From Craspedostauros australis (Eukaryota), in contig JALAGF010005615.1 in assembly GCA_030167865.1 (NCBI GenBank), positions 1-43,392 on the forward strand: 43,392 nt of DNA. Reading direction: 5' to 3'. Shown here in pieces: positions 10,888-24,835 of this stretch. The stretch's first letter is position 1; every line of letters begins with the position of its first letter. The notes beneath the pieces were generated by a model. That model had not been told where the DNA came from and did no database searches. It saw only the letters and a list, made by a program, of their open reading frames with translations. A program made the position numbers and the translations under genes.

Positions 10888-13800
10888 ATGAGCACGCCAT
10901 CGTACGCCACCGTCCTCACCAGCGCCAATCATCGACCCTCGCATTCGAAGCGATCATCGATCGTTTCGACCGCAGCCATCGCCAATGGGGACAAGAAGCC
11001 GCTCAGCTTCGAGCAGCAGATAGAGGAGCTGTCGAATCCGCCACCGCAAACCATGACTCTGGCGGCGGCGTTGCAGCTGCTTTGTCCGCTCACGACGCAA
11101 AGCGATGTCTACCTCCTCACGAGATCCTACCTTCAGAACTGGTTGATCTGGGCGTCGCATCAGAAGGTCACCAAGATGGAATCGACGCGGGTGGAGGCAG
11201 CGCTGCAAATGGCCGCATCCAAGTTCGGTCTGCTGCAACCCACCACCAGCATGGATTACACCGCTCCAGGTCCCATCGATGTTTCCATCCTCTGCGTGGA
11301 CGACAACCCGTCTCTGCTCAAGCCCGACGTCATCGCCATCGATGGTACGACCAGCGCAATGCAGAGCTGGGCAAGGACGCCGGATCTCGTGGAGAGGGTC
11401 AAGAGCCTTCCGACGGATGCATTCGATCAAGATGCCAACATGGATGACACGCTCGACATGCAGGATGATAACACTGTCTGCTGTGCTGTTCCTGAACGAT
11501 TCTACGAGGTGAGACCATTGCATTTGCGTACCACCATAGCACTGCTCTGTGGATCGCCGCATTGCAAACCTCTGTGAAATTGAGATGGCATGAAATGAAA
11601 TGTGATGTGATGGTGCATGAACATGAAATGCAATGCAATGAAATGAAACAGTCCCAACGAGGCATGCGGAAATGATCTCAACTCACACAATGTGTTCGTT
11701 CTCTCGTGCATAACTTTTTGCTACGTCTATTCGCATCCAACCGACTACTTGCACACGCCTCACGATGTGTCACGGCACACCAACGACCACGACAATGAAC
11801 GACAATACCATCCTCCTCAATGCAAACATCACATGATACCATGCTACATATTCGCCGCATTCATATCAATAGATGTTGCGAAGCACACACGGAGTGGTCT
11901 GCCAGGATGGCTTCGAAATCTCTTTCCAGGCCCATACAGGAGATTCGTCGTCATTGCTGCATTTCGAAGCGTCCAAGTCACCGCTTCCGTCTCAAACGCA
12001 AACAGGATTGGAATCCATCGGCATACAACCACGTTCGACACAAACAAATGGTTACAGCAACGGTCACCACAGCTCACCTGCGAGATCTCGACCGCTGGAG
12101 TTCAAACGCAGGGTGCTGTACTCAACAGCGCCATCACCGATGGTTGGGACTACGTCGGCTGGATCGGGACCGGCATCGCCGATGGCCAAACTCATGCATC
12201 AGGAACGAACGAGGCACGAACAGCAAACTCCCAGCTTCAAAGTTGAGGTGCATCCGGTGAGGCTAGAGTGCAAGGTCCTTGGCACGGATGGCACGGTGCG
12301 GGCAGCGCCGCAACGCTGCTTGGCTTTGGTATCAGAACGCAGCCGCGTCCAACAGGTGCTCAATGAACTTCTCCGAGCAGCCGCCGTGAAAACATCCACC
12401 AGCTGCAAACGAGTTTGGTGCAAGCGCGTCAACGGCACATCGTCGGGTGACGGTTACGAACTCATCAACCAGGGCAACCTCGACGGGAAGCTGCAGAAGA
12501 AGAATGGCGAGGACAAACCGGAACTATTGGTTGGCGACTGGTTGCGGACCTTCGATGATGGTGCCGATCGCCGTGAAATCTCCGTCCTCATCGAGACACG
12601 AAAAACGGGAGGTGAATGGCCGCGAGCACCGCTGGAACTGCAGAACAGACTCAGACCAGGCGACTACGTGGATGCGCAAGACGAAACAGGCAGATGGTAC
12701 GAATCGTTGGTGTGCGACGTGTCGGAAACATCGGTGAAGGTGCATTACATGGGATGGGCATCGAAATGGGATACCTGGGTCAAACGCAATAACGAGGTTG
12801 ATGTTCCAGGCAACATTAACAGCAAGCTCAATCCACCAGCCCCGCTTTGGACGCATACCCCACGATGGCGAGATGCCTTGGTCGAAGGGTCTTTGGTAGA
12901 GGTCCGTGACTCCTCCTCCGTGGCCAACCGCCCGCGTTGGTACAAGGGCACGGTGCGGCAAGTACAAGCCCCGACGGCCGAACCACAGATCGTCACGATG
13001 GGCGCAGAGCTGGAAAAGTACGACGACAATGGAGCTCTGTCAGACTCTCCCAAGGCGCAACCCTTGCTCCTTCTGGGCCGGAAGACAGCAGTGTTTGTGT
13101 TTATCGAAGAGGAGTTGCGAGGCAGGGAAGTTCCGGTTGCTGCGGCTGCACCGAACCCATCGGATAACGCGTCCAGAGAGAAGCAACATCCATCGTTGCG
13201 ATGGATCAACGTGTACGGAGAAGAACTATGCAAAGCAGGCACACACGTTCGTATAGAACCTGAAAAGCCCAGAGCGAATGTTGCGACTTTGCGATACGAG
13301 TATGATGCTGGCCGGAAGCCAGTGGAGATTATGAAGTCGTTCAACAACATGTACGGTGGAGGTTTCATGAAGGAATCGCTGCGAGGCAATCCCCCCGCTC
13401 CTGGTTCTGTGGGTCTCCACAATCTGGGCAACTCCTGCTTCCTGAACTCCATCGTGCAGTGTCTCAATCACATCGAACAGCTGACGAAGTTCTTTCTGGA
13501 TGGCAAGTACCTCACCGATCTGAATCAAAAGAACCCTCTGGGAAGCGGCGGGCACGTGGCCATAGCGTACGCCAATTTGTTGAATGAAATATGGGCCGGC
13601 AAGTACTCGGCCCTCGCTCCGCGGATGCTCAAGCAAACGGTCGCCAGCTTCGCGCCACAATTCAACAATTGCTACCAGCATGACAGTCAGGAGTTTTGTC
13701 AGTTCCTGATGGATGGATTACACGAGGATTGCAACCGCGTCAAATCGAAGCCGTATGTGGAAGAGCTGGAAGGCTTTGGGCAGGAAGATTCGAAGGTGGC

Positions 13801-14899
13801 GATCGAGACCTGGAGGAAGCATCTCCTGAGGCACGACAGCATCGTCGTCGATCACTGCCAGGGGATGCACCGCAGCCATCTGACCTGCCCCATTTGCGGT
13901 AGGGAGAGTATCAAATTCGACGTCTTCTCAACCATATCGCTGCCAATCTCGACGGAGAAGAACAACATGGACATCCGCCTGGAGAACTGCATAGAGAAGT
14001 TCATGGAGGGCGAACAGCTTGATGAGATGAACGCGTGGTACTGCCCGAGCTGCAAGAAGCACGTTTGCGCACTCAAAATGATCGCCCTGTGGTCCGTGCC
14101 TGACATTCTCATCCTGCACTTGAAGCGCTTCACATTCGAGCACGACCAAGTCAACGACAGGGTCATTCGATCCAAGATTGACAGCTCCGTGAAATTCCCG
14201 ATCGATCATCTCGACATGAGCAAGTACGTGCTCGGTCCGAAGGATCCAGACGCTCCGCCCATCTACAGAGTAAGTTGATGTGATATGATGTGACGTGACG
14301 TGGCGTGCCTTGTCGACATTTTGGCGTGATCGATGTCTCGTGACGATGAAAGTGCGTGGTGGAACAAAAATGCGGATGGGCATGATGTGACTCGTCCACA
14401 ACATATAGTGTGTGTGTGTGCCTGATATGCGAAAGAAAGAAGGAAGGAAGAATCTCACGCTCCTTGTACGTCCACTCCCATTGCATTCGATGATCGTATC
14501 CTCCAACTTTTTGATTGATCAATGGACTTGTTGTTGGTGCTGTCGCTACTGCTACTGACGCGGTCGCCGACACTCTTTTCACAATCATGACAGCTCTTCG
14601 GAGTAAGCGAACACGCAGGTATGACGGCCAACAGCGGGCATTACACAGCGACGGTGCGCAACTCGAAAGACTCCAGGTGGTACCGGTACAACGATGCTCA
14701 CGTCGGAGAAACCACAGGGGATGCAACAGTGACAGGCGGGGCATACGTGCTGTTCTATAAACGAGTAAAAGGTGAGGCTCGTTGGGCCGGCTTGGAAAAG
14801 GCCATGGCGAGCCGAGAGATTGATCCACATGGCGCACTTGAGACTGATCAAGATGGATTCAAAAAGGTGAAAACCAAGGCGCGCAAGAAGGGGCGGTGA
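10888..14899 (+). CDS. Ubiquitin-specific protease (USP/C19 family) with DUSP-like, UBL-like and Tudor-like N-terminal regions; exons 10888-11508, 11873-14269, 14594-14899
   Basis: Cys box VGLHNLGNSCFLNSIVQCL, QHDSQEF, Zn pairs CPIC and CPSC, LILHLKRF, His box SGHYTA...WYRYND and AYVLFY. Both introns are phase 0 GT-AG. Confidence 0.92.
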
Positions 14900-15651
14900 A
14901 CAATCTTCCCATCTTCGACATCGTTATGAGCGACCTGACGACACCAGCAGCAGCCGCCGCAGCGGCTTCAGCTCTACCCCCATACAACAGTCCAAGCACG
15001 GCGCAACACAACCATGCACTCTCATCCGTCCACGTTGACGTTCAGAGAGCAACGCAGATTCGCGCAAACAGCCCATGATGAGACCTCTCGAATGATAAAG
15101 AGCGCTACTCTATGAGCATGCAATAAATTGCACGTGATGCTTCTGCTAATGATGGTCATGGTGATGACCATGTTGGAGAAATTGATCCATCCACAGCTGT
15201 CCTGCTTCCACCCAAGCACTGACAGCAATGGCGCAAGCACGCTCTCCTTGAGAAGCAAGGGGCGCTCCATGAGGTCTTCCCATCACGTTCGTCACCAAGT
15301 TACTTGACGCATCGTGAGGTCGCGACGCGGGTTGGTTCGAATTGAGCTCAGCGGAGCGGAGCTGGACCAACAGACAATACAACTCGAACGCATAGTACGA
15401 ATAGTACCATCATCTTGTGGTTTTTCGGAATCGTCCATTATGACGAATGGAAAAAGCCTCTTTTCGGTATGCTTGCTGTTTGGTTGGTTGACGTTGATTG
15501 CATCGATCGCGAGCACAACAATGTTCATTGCCACCTGACAATTGCCAACCGGGGCATCGACACTCCCCATGCATTCATGGAGACAATCGTCTTGCACGTA
15601 TGGTGGTGGCAGAGGATGTGTTGCGGATCTTTGGCAGCGTGGTGGAATAAC

Positions 15652-16363
15652 TCAGAATGCTGGAATGAAATGGAGCGACATAATGCACCCCATGCACTGA
15701 GTGCCCAGAATGAGCGGTGACAGGAAGCCCCACTTGTCCCAGAACGATCGTATGAGGATGAGGGTTGTGATGATGCCTGTGGCCGTCATGGATGGGATGA
15801 CATACGGACAGTACACGCTCCACGCAGAACTATCGGCGAGGCCTTTGACTCTGGGAAGGTAGACGGTGAGGTAGAGCGCGAGGCTGACAACAACGCCAAT
15901 CCCGATGACGCCCAAATGAAGCAAACCTCTGTTTATGTCATCGCCGCTCCAGATTTGTGCGTAGAACTTGGTCCATCTTGCCGTGAGCATGGCTATCAGC
16001 AACCACCCGACTGTGGGCGTAGATGCATGTGCGTGCGTATGCATGTGTGGATGATGAGAACATTGCAGAGCAAAGCAGCGTAGATGGTGTGAAAGAACCG
16101 CAGCAAGAGTACGTGAGGACATGAAACGGTCATCGTCAAGCACGGTTGCAAAAGATAGAGTATGCGATTCGGCGACATCCATGAAAGCCCAGAACCAACA
16201 AGCAACCCAGAGGAATCTTCAAGAACCATGGCGCGACCGCCTCTTCTTCTTCTTCTTACGTACATGCGACTAGTTTGTCTGTGAGACGTTCGCCTCGCGA
16301 CCGGTTCATGGCACCGGCGTGCACATCGCTGCCGGCGTCGCTTTGATTGACTCTGTCATACAT
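15652..16363 (-). CDS. TMEM128-like small multi-pass membrane protein; exons 16363-16264, 16010-15652
   Basis: The spliced product reads ...DKLVAFGWLLIA...LYLTVYLP...WSVYCPYVIP...WGFLSPLIL, about four hydrophobic helices, across a phase-1 GT-AG intron. Confidence 0.7.
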
Positions 16364-16920
16364 TGTTGCCTCGTTTCGTCGTTTCGTCGTTGCGGTGTTG
16401 CAATATGTTGCTACGTCTTGTGGAGGGTACGAATACGAGTGGTTTGGAATGATGGATTGGTGGGAGGAACCGAATGTGTTGGTATCGAGGAGGATGGGCG
16501 CAACGCGATACGATTCAAGAAGCCGCTTGTTCCCTCCCCTTCGTGTTGCTGAGCGTGTTGTTCCGCGTTGTGGAACATGTTCTCGTTTGGTTGTTTTAAT
16601 CGAATGAGTCGAAACGCTGTTGATGTTGGCAAAAATACGCACAAATGAGCTGGTGCGCGCAACCGCCACACAACGCGACGCCTCGCAAGGATCACCCGAC
16701 AACGATCTTTGGTGCAGGGAGCATTGTGGGTAACCAACCAACACGACCACCATCGTCGTTGCCACCAACAACAAGCACACAATGCGGATCCTCCAACCCG
16801 CCACACATCGCTTCAACCAATCCGTCCGCTGATCCCTCAATCGAGAGTTCTGGGCAGGTACACTTGTCGCACTTCGTGTCAGCAGCTGCACCTTCTGTCC
16901 ATAATACTATTCACTGCACC

Positions 16921-19900
16921 ATGGACATCCGCAACTTCTTCAAGGCCACGCAGAAGAAAGATGGCGCCAGCCCCAGCGGCAAAGCAAAGGCATCATCATC
17001 TTCATCATCGCCATCAACGAAGGCAGGTGCCTCAAAAGCGCCAAAAACGAGGTCGGAGGCAAAATCTGCATCCAACAGCAATCGCCATCAATCCGGCAAC
17101 AGCGACAGCACCAGTGCCACGGCCAACACAAATGCAAATGCCAACTCCGAGGTAAAGGCGAAGAAGAAGCGAGTGATTGATGATGCGCCAACTACTGTCA
17201 CAGGCAAAGCCCAGACATCGCCAACTTCGGCACCAAAGGCAGCAAAGAAGCCCAAACAGGACGACAGTCCTGTCACTGAAGTGTCCGAAGACGATCGTCG
17301 CTACCAGACAACGCGTGCAGATAGGAAGGATGCGAGGAATGCGGGCACCGGCAGTCGTACTTATAGCACTAGGAGCACTAAGAAAGATGCGTCCGCACGA
17401 TCCAACCCTAAGAGAGGCTTGGGGGATGTGGAAGTGGTGGAGATCGATAACGACACTGGCACCAAGCCAACGAAAAGACCGAGTAAATCCCAACCAACAG
17501 CATCATCAACAGCAGCGGCAACGACAGCAAAGCGAAGAGTTGTCAAGCCGACGACGAGGAAGCAGAATTCTTCGAAAGTGGAGGTGTTGGAGCCGACATT
17601 GGAGCTTGACACCTTCGACGTCGATTCCTGCGTGGTCCCGCAATGTCTGGATGGTCTCACCTTTGTCTTCACGGGAGTGATGGACGAGCTATCCAGAGAA
17701 GAGGCGATGGACATCGTGAAGACCTTGGGTGGCCGTGTCACCACCGGGGTGTCTTCCAAGACTTCATACCTGATCGCTGGAGAAGTGCTCGAAGATGGTC
17801 GTCCCTACACGGAAGGGTCCAAGTTCAGGAAGGCCACAGAGTTGGGCACGGTCAAGATTGCCAAAGGTGACAAGCAGCTCTACGGCATCTGCGACCAATA
17901 CCAAAAGAAGGCCATGCGAGCAAAGGGGATCTCAACCTCAACAACAGCACCATCGTTGTCGTCTTCTACTGCTGCCGCTGCTGTCTCAAGTTCTGCGTTG
18001 AAACGACAGCCATCAGTGCAATCCACGTCATCCGTGCCTTCCAATCCATATGCGAAGCGAGCGACCGGGTCTTCCGCCAAGGTAAATCCATACGCAAAGA
18101 AATCAGCCGCGACCAACCCGTACGCGAAGTCGGCGTCTGCAGCGGCTGTGTCTAACCCGTACGCAGCAAGGCGTCAGAAATCATTGGAAGCAGAGTCATC
18201 GCAAGGCACAGCCGCGTCGACGGTGGCATCCAACTCACTCGCAACAACTGCATCCTCAACAACGACGACATCATCATCATCAGCAGCAGCACGAACATCT
18301 GGAAAGAGCGACGACAGATCGGCCGAGCTCTGGGTGGACAAGCATGCACCCAAAGGCACCAATGAGATCATTGGCAACTCCGAGCACATCAAAAAGCTCA
18401 GAGCCTGGCTCACGACATGGGAAAGGACCTTCAACAACCCCAAGGCATCTGGCAAGACGTTCTCCAACCCAAGAGGTCCTTGGAAGGCTGCGCTCTTGTC
18501 TGGGCCACCCGGAATTGGAAGTAAGTCCGTTTCTATCACTGTCGATGCGATTGCCATTGACATCATGTTCGTTGTTGATGCGGTGTTGTTTTCGTTGCCG
18601 TGACGTGGCGTGATTGGGTCGTTGGTGCACTCGAGAGTCATTCGGCCGCTGCTTCAATTGGTTCATTTACAGACGGCTTCACTCACACCGATTCGCACTA
18701 TTGCGCCATGCCATGCCATGGCACTACACCACTCTACTCCACTCCACTTATTATTCGGATCCTTCACATATCTATGCGTATCATCGAACGACCATGATGG
18801 ATACCAACACATTGTACTGACTGTCACTGATGCAGAAACGACGACCGCCACGCTGGTTGCGCAAGAGGCTGGCCGCGATCTTTTGGAATTCAATGCGTCG
18901 GACGCACGATCCAAGAAGGCACTGCAGACGACGCTGGGTGACATCACAGGTTCTCAAACTCTCAACTTCCAGAAACCATCAGGATATGGCCATGGACGTG
19001 GCAGAAACCAAAAGAAGCTCCGCTGCATCATCATGGACGAAGTGGATGGAATGGGAGCGGGCGATCGAAGTGGAATGGCTGAACTGATCCAGATGATCAA
19101 GAAGAGCAAGGTCCCTATCATCTGCATTTGCAACGACAGGCAGAGCCAGAAAATGAAATCCTTAGTGCCGTACTGCATGGATCTGCGGTTCCGACGTCCC
19201 ATCAAATCCACGATGGCCATGCGCGCCATGCGCATCGCCAAGATGGAAGGCTTGGAGGTGGAGCGCAATGCGGCTGAAGCCATCGCGGAGTCCTGTGGCA
19301 ACGATGTGCGGCAGGTCATCAATTGCCTGCAGATGTGGGCCAACAAACGGGACGGACAACGATCGCTGACCTACAAAGGCCTCAAGGAGAGACAGAGCTC
19401 GATCAACAAGGATGAAATTCTTCGCGTCAGCCTGTTTGATGCCGCCAAGACAGTCCTGGAGGGCAGGCGAGGTCTGCATGGCGCCACTCCAAAGGCGGCA
19501 GTGGACAATCTGTTTCGTCGCACGGATGCATTTTTCGTTGATTACAACATCGTGGGACTGCTCGTGCAGCAGAATTACCTCAAGGTCATGGTCGGACCAT
19601 ACAGCCAAGTGAAGAGATCAGGCGACGACAGCAAGGAACTGGAATACCTGGAAACTATGCACAAGGCTGCCGAAAGTCTGTCCGATTATGCTCTCGCCGA
19701 ACAGGCCGTGCGTGGCGGTGATCAGAATTGGGGTCTGCTTCCATTCTCCGCCACGATGACCGTCAAGACTGGCTACCATGCTGGTGGGCAGAACGGCGGC
19801 ATGCTGCCGGGATTCCCAGAATTCACGGCCTGGATGGGCAAGAATTCCACGAAGGGCAAGAAGCAGCGCCTGCTGGAGGAGCTGCAATACCACATGAACT

Positions 19901-20406
19901 ATAAGATCCATGGCGGATCAGCGCAGCTACGACAGAACTACCTCCCGGTCTTCCGCGACCGGTTCATGGCCATGCTCAAATCTCAGCAACCCAATGCCAA
20001 CCAGCAGGCGATCGAACTGATGGATGCCTACGGCCTCAGCAAGGAGGATGTGATGGAGAAATTTGACGAGTTTCGTCTTGGCGAAAAGACGCCAGCATTT
20101 GCGAACATCGAATCCAAGCACAAGGCAGCGCTCACACGCGAGTACAATCAAGGCAGCCACAGAAGTCAGGCACTGATAGAGGAGCAGATCAGAGACAAGA
20201 AGACGAGACGGGGTGGATCCAAGAAGGAACGCGACCCGGCAGACCTGGACGCAATCGACGAAGATGGAGGCGATGACGAATCAGATGTGGACGAGGAGGA
20301 GGATTTGAAGAAGTTGCAGGCCAAGTTCAAGCCAAAGAAGAAGAGAGGGAAGGCCGCTGGTGCGAAGAAGGCGACAGCCAAGCCGAGGTCGAGAAAGAGG
20401 ACATAG
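16921..20406 (+). CDS. RFC1: Replication factor C large subunit; exons 16921-18520, 18836-20406
   Basis: N-terminal MDIRNFF, BRCT domain (CLDGLTFVFTG...GGRVTTGVSSKTSYLIAG), LWVDKHAP, Walker A GPPGIGKT split by the intron, EFNASDARS, Walker B IIMDEVDGM, and RFC1 C-terminal FTAWMGKNS. Confidence 0.96.
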
Positions 20407-20720
20407 GGAAACGATCGGTACTGGCGTGGTACCAACAATGTGCCATACTGGGGAATCGCAGAGTACTCTGCTCAATACAAGTACGAGAGAGACAGAGACA
20501 GTAAGATTGAACCGTCTCCTTTCCTTCTGTTACGCCTTGCTCCTTTATTTCAGGATTACAACGACTATGCTCAACTCAATCCTTGTGGTGCATGGGTTCT
20601 GAATGTGGCCTCCGCTGCTGCAGTAGTCTGTAGCTCTTGAAACTCTGTGATGGGAACTGTTGAGTTGCCATTACATACGTATCTGATAGCTTGTGTCCAA
20701 CCTGAAGTATTCGACCCATT

Positions 20721-23700
20721 TTAGCCGAATGTCGATGGCTGGCCTGTTGGGATAGGCTGGACATCGATGACGGGTGGCCCTTTGCGCACAGAGATCCGTT
20801 CATTGGCAACATCGACGAGGATGGTATCCCCATCACTGAAGTCGCCGCTCAAGATGCCACGTGCCACGACTGTCTCCAGCTCTCTTTGGATGGTGCGCTT
20901 CAATGGTCTGGCACCGTACACTGGATCGAAGCCAACATCCGTCAGGAAGTCAAGCGCAGCGTTGGTAACAGTCATGGCCATCTGACGATCGGCAAGACGA
21001 TCCACGAGTCTTCGAACTTCGAGCTTGACAATCTCTCGCAAATTCTCCTTCCCGAGGCTGTTGAAGATGACGTGCTCGTCGATGCGGTTCAAGAATTCTG
21101 GCTTGAAGTTCTGTCGCATCGCGTCCGTGACACGTTGGCGCATGATCTCCTGGGATCCCGATTCGTCGGAACCGTTGAGGTCGAGAATGTCCTGGCTTCC
21201 AATGTTGCTGGTGAAGATGCAGATGGTGTTCCTGAAATTGACGCTGTTGCCCTTACTGTCGGTCAGTCGGCCGTCGTCAAGCATCTGGAGCATGACATTG
21301 AAGACTGCAGAAACACAGCAAACAGGAATTTGCAGGAATGTGAACGAACACGAAGGTGGAAGAGTAGAAGCAAGCGCGTGAGTACAACGAGGACCTGGTG
21401 CATGCGAAGAAGCAAATCTGCGGCTTCACGCAAGAAGTCAAGGGGAAACCAATGCAAATCCGGATGTGTTCGCATTCGCAGTCATCACTTTCACAGATGC
21501 CTGAGAATGTTTGTGCATGCGCATGTGCATGTGCATCTACACGTTCTGCAACGTACCATCAGGATGCGCCTTCTCCATCTCGTCGAACAGCAGGACGGAG
21601 TATGGCTTGCGACGCACGGCATCCGTCAGTTGGCCACCCTCGTCGTACCCCACGTAACCTGGAGGTGCGCCGAGCAATCTTGACACAGTGTGCTTCTCCA
21701 TATACTCGCTCATGTCGATGCGGATCAGAGCATCCTCCGAATCGAACATGAACTCGCTAAGTGCCTTGCACAGCTCCGTCTTTCCAACGCCCGTGGGTCC
21801 GAGGAAGATGAACGAGGCGATTGGCTTTGTCGGGTCGTTCAGCCCTGCTCTGGAACGCTGGACTGCCTCCGTGACGACTTGGATGGCGTTGTCCTGGCCG
21901 ATGACGCGTTCCCGAATCTTGTCATCCATGTGGAGGATTCGGTCACGTTCCGTTTCCAGCAGCTTGCCCGGCGGAATGCCTGTCCAGACGGCGACCACGT
22001 TGGCGATGTCGTCTGCGACGACTTCATCACGAAGCATGCGTTCGCCGTTGTTGTTGGCTTCGCCCTCGTCGGATGTTTCCTCCAAGGCAGCGAGCTGCTT
22101 CTCGAGATTGGGGAGTTGAGAGTACTTCAATTCCGCAGCCTTGTTGAGGTCGAATTCGCGCTCTGATTTTTCGATCTCCAACTTGATGGCTGCAATTTCT
22201 TCCTTGAGCGACTTGAGACGATCCACGCCACCCTTCTCCGCCATCCATCTCGTGTTCAGGTCGGCCTGTTGCTGCTTCAGGTCTTCGAGCTCTCGGTCGA
22301 GCTTATCGATGCGCTCGCCTTCTGCCTTGGCCTCCTTGGAATCCGCATTCTCTTCTCCTTCCATATCCGAACGTAAGGAGAGACGTTCCATTTCCAGTTG
22401 GATGACGCGCCTGTCAATTTCATCAAGCATGGTTGGCTTGGACGTCAGCTCATTCTTCAGCTTGGCGCATGCCTCATCCACCAGATCAATTGCCTTGTCA
22501 GGAAGGAACCTGCGCGACGTAAAATACGAGTCGAGTGAGGAACATGAAATACAATGCGACGCAATGTAGAGTTGTGTTTTTGTGGATAGAATGGTGTGAG
22601 ACACGAAGAATGTACATTGATCGCTGACGAGCTGACTGGCTCGTGCATTCCATCGCAATTGGTAGGGCATCATGGAGAATACGTATCTCCACTTTCACCT
22701 GGTCCGTTCTGGCTTCTGACCAAGACGGATATGATTCTCCGATCTTGAAATTCAGACATCGCACAAACACAGCAACAAGAGAACGTACCGGTCCGGGATG
22801 TATCTGTGGCTCAGCTTGGCGGCGGCCAGAAGCGCTTCATCGCGAATGCGGACTCCATGGTGGGTCTCGTAGCGAGATTTCAATCCTCGGAGGATGCTGA
22901 CGGTGTCCTCGGGGCTTGGCTGTTCGATCATAACCTGCTGGAATCGACGTTCCAGGGCCTTATCCTTTTCGATGTACTGGCGGTACTCGTTGATGGTTGT
23001 CGCGCCAATGCAACGGAGCTGACCACGTGCCAAGGCAGGCTTGAGCAAGTTGCTGGCATCCATCGATCCTTGGGCGGCCTGTTTAGCAAAGCAATCATTT
23101 GATTTGATATGACGGGTGGGATTTACAAGAATTGAACACGTGCATGCAATTGTGCGGCAATCAGAATGAATGATGCAAAGTGGTGAGTACGCCGTGATTT
23201 GCGTCGTATTGCATTGCGGAGTTGAAGCCAACTGATGGTACACGCGTCCAATACGCACACACATACACACACACAAGAGTACAGTGAGATGCAGAGCGAC
23301 GACGATGGTACGTACCCCAGCACCGACGACAGTGTGCATCTCGTCAATGAAGAGGATGATTTCGCCGTTGCTGTTCGTGACCTCTTCCAAGACAGCCTTG
23401 AGACGCTCCTCGAATTCACCTCTCATGCTGGCTCCCGCCACGAGCGCGGCAAGATCAAGACCGATGAGGCGGCAATTCTGGAGCGAGTCGGGAACATCGC
23501 CCGCCACCATGCGCTGCGCGATGCCTTCGGCGATGGCCGTCTTTCCGACTCCAGGATCTCCGATGAGGACCGGATTGTTCTTCGTTCTGCGGCTGAGGAT
23601 CTGGATGGCACGTCGGATCTCATCGTCGCGGCCGATGACGGGATCGAGCTTGCCTTGCTCAGCGCGTTCCGTGAAGTCGATGCCGTACTTGAGCAGGGCG

Positions 23701-24835
23701 TCGTACATGTTCTCCGCGCCGCGCGAAATGACAGGGCCGTTCTTGTCCCGAATCTCCTTGACGGACTTCAAGATGTCGGCATAATTGATTCCCTGCTTCA
23801 GGAGCGCATCCCGCGTGAACTTATCGTCCTCTTTCGTCAGGCCCAATATGATTCCCTCTGTGGAAATGAAGGAATCCTGTATTTTATCGGAAAGTGGCGG
23901 TGTTGATTGTTGCACATGTTGGCATTGTGCATTGCGTATTGAGCGTCGCCAGTGTTGATGCGGTTTGGTTTGTGGGAGCGGGGAGTGTCAAACAATGCGG
24001 AAATGTGAGTCGCCTGAGTTCATTTTTTTTCTGCAGAGCACCAATACGTGCGAGTATGGACCAAGTGCAATCTCTGTAGGAGCACAAGTTGATCGTCGGT
24101 ATGAATGCGATTGTGGATGTGAATGCATTCCATGAAACACATTGCGCAGACAATGATGGCTATGCATCTGATGCCAGCAGAGCTCGGACCATGCCGTTCC
24201 ATACCATGCCACACTGTGCCCAATTGCAAGTTCATGCAGCACATTGACAAGCTACTCACCCCCAACAGGGACATGCCAGCACGAGCAGATTCGAGGACCT
24301 GCTGCATGCTGCGTCCCATCGCCTTTTGGTCCGACGGCGTGGAAATCTTGGGCTGCTTGGAGAGGTAGTTTTCCAACTCCTGACGCAGCTTCTTGGTGTC
24401 CGCACCGGCGTTTCCAAAGACCTGCTCGGCAGCTCGCTTGGCGCTGTCGGCATCGTCGCTGGAGCCATGCTTGGACGGATTCAAGATGACATCCAAGATG
24501 ATCGGTGCCTCGATGGTGGAGGTCTGGTAGTAATCGGCAGCCTTGGAGAGCGCCGTGATGGTCGACCAGGCCGCCTCGGTGTACTTGGAATTGTCAAAGT
24601 CCACCGATGACATGCGCAGTTGCGTTGCCTTGAAGCTGCGCATCGGTGCGTTGCGCGCCGAGAGGGCGGAGATCCGCGGCACAAAGCCACCCAGGTCGGT
24701 GGCAGGCGCAAAGGCGGACCTGGTGGTCGATCTCGTTGGAATGGCTGGCACAAAAGCGCACGACGGGCTGGTTTGCGAAGCCCCAAGGAGGAGGAGCGCC
24801 ATGACTGCGCTGCGGTGCTTCGGAAGGACGATCAT
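20721..24835 (-). CDS. clpB: Plastid-targeted ClpB/Hsp100 disaggregase; exons 24835-24260, 23876-23316, 23078-22789, 22509-21557, 21304-20721
   Basis: [44 protein letters not shown], a long middle coiled coil, [27 protein letters not shown] and GARPLKR. Four GT-AG introns keep frame. Signal peptide ends in SCAFVP and is followed by a Ser/Thr/Arg-rich transit peptide. Confidence 0.95.

Noticed and set aside
15070..15125. Possible C/D snoRNA (ATGATGA box)
   Set aside because: No properly placed CTGA D box, and it lies in the likely USP 3' UTR next to an AATAAA.
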